Source of the DNA: an uncultured Phycisphaerales bacterium
GTDB taxonomy: Bacteria; Planctomycetota; Phycisphaerae; Tepidisphaerales; Tepidisphaeraceae
Length of the DNA: 64,000 nucleotides
Assembly (NCBI GenBank): GCA_963758525.1
Contig: CAVWVQ010000005.1
Location: forward strand, 160,001-224,000
Reading direction: 5' to 3'
The notes beneath the pieces are model-generated. The model saw only the letters and a program-made list of their open reading frames with translations, was not told the DNA's origin and ran no database searches. The translations under genes were made by a program, and so were the position numbers. Shown here piece after piece: positions 63,231 through 64,000 of this stretch. Each line of letters begins with the position of its first letter. The first letter of the stretch is position 1.

Positions 63231-63323
63231 TGGAAATCTACTCTTCCGTGGCACGGGCTTCCAGCGTGTCCAGCCTCCGATGTCCGGTCGGGTGTGGCGC
63301 TCGAAAGTGGCGATCGGCTCCGA

Positions 63324-63391
63324 GTAGGGCGGGATTCATCCCGCCGATTTGTTGGCCGGCTGAGAAAACGGCGGGATGAATCCCGCCCTAC
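63324..63391. repeat. GTAG-type REP doublet (REPIN)
   Basis: GTAGGGCGGGATTCATCCCGCCG (63324-63346) and its exact inverse CGGCGGGATGAATCCCGCCCTAC (63369-63391). Confidence 0.88.
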
Positions 63392-63602
63392 GATCGCAAA
63401 ATCTGCAATCGCCACAAATAAAAGTTACACCCTGTCCGGTCCCCGGGGTTAGCCGCGACGCGCAGCGGAGCGCGTATTCGAGCGTCAGAGGCCTGGTTGA
63501 TGATCTGCCCTCCCATGACTCATGCTCTCGCATTTTCATTCCGCTCCACATCGCTAACATGTGCCAGCCGCGCAAGCCGCCCGTGTTACGGAGAAAAGCT
63601 TC

Positions 63603-64000
63603 ATGCGAATCACCTATGCGGGACTCAGCAGTCCCGGGCCGGTCCGCCAAAATAACGAAGACAGTCTTGCCTTCTGGCAGCCGATCATGGATGACGACTG
63701 GCGGCACCGGGGCGCGCTGATCGTCTTGGCAGACGGCGTGGGCGGACATGGAAAGGGAGAGGTCGCAAGCGCACTGGCCTGCCAGAAAAGCGTGGACACG
63801 TTTACGTCCTCATCCTCGGGGACGCCGCCCGCCCAGTTGCTGGATCAGATGTTCACCGCCGCGAACATTGCGGTGTACGACACGGGCATGGTGCAGCGCG
63901 ATGAAGCCCGGCGGATGATGACGACGCTCACCATCAGCCTGTTCCGCAACAATGAGATCAGCATCGGGCACGTCGGCGACTGCCGCGCGTTTGTCATTCA
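63603..64000 (+). CDS. PP2C-family Ser/Thr protein phosphatase; 3' end runs off the window
   Basis: Hand translation: MRITYAGLSSPGPVRQNNEDS...LADGVGGHGKGEVAS...MTTLT...IGHVGDCR. Confidence 0.9.
   Translation, partial: MRITYAGLSSPGPVRQNNEDSLAFWQPIMDDDWRHRGALIVLADGVGGHGKGEVASALACQKSVDTFTSSSSGTPPAQLLDQMFTAANIAVYDTGMVQRDEARRMMTTLTISLFRNNEISIGHVGDCRAFVI

Overview
GC-rich bacterial chromosomal window. It is most likely Planctomycetota (Phycisphaerae/Tepidisphaerales-like), an inference from the LEPRxLL-type N-termini, a planctomycete cytochrome c domain and the repeat types. (1) 1-15.5 kb is an accessory surface/glycosylation locus: four secreted LE(P/S/A)RxxF proteins built from shuffled modules, interleaved with two GT-C glycosyltransferases (GT87-like, PIG-V/GT76-like), a DPM1-like GT2 and an acyltransferase-3. 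(2) 16.5-52 kb is mostly core genome: HD hydrolase, CYTH, leuS, PilZ, dnaA without dnaN, family-4 UDG, deoxyhypusine-synthase-like gene, rnd, uvrB, purC, qor-like, glycerate kinase, two trypsin-like proteases, motAB, rnc and pyrE. It is dense in intergenic repeats: REP doublets, 7-8-mer tandem arrays, a MITE with target-site duplication, and two HUH/RAYT-like transposases each with its own palindrome. (3) After tRNA-Pro(GGG) comes a signalling/stress block: LuxR regulator, CheB-CheR-PAS-GAF hybrid kinase, two SDRs, a small basic protein, a divergent Amt and a PP2C. About a dozen 1-2 nt frameshifts split otherwise intact genes and are probably long-read assembly errors. Best leads: a long structured leader upstream of the DHS-like polyamine gene; a RAYT-like gene carrying an exact copy of its own REP inside its coding sequence; the GT-C plus modular secreted hydrolase locus; a nested MITE between motA and motB; an rncO-like hairpin; and an Amt with altered pore residues. 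All calls come from reading the sequence; no database searches were run.
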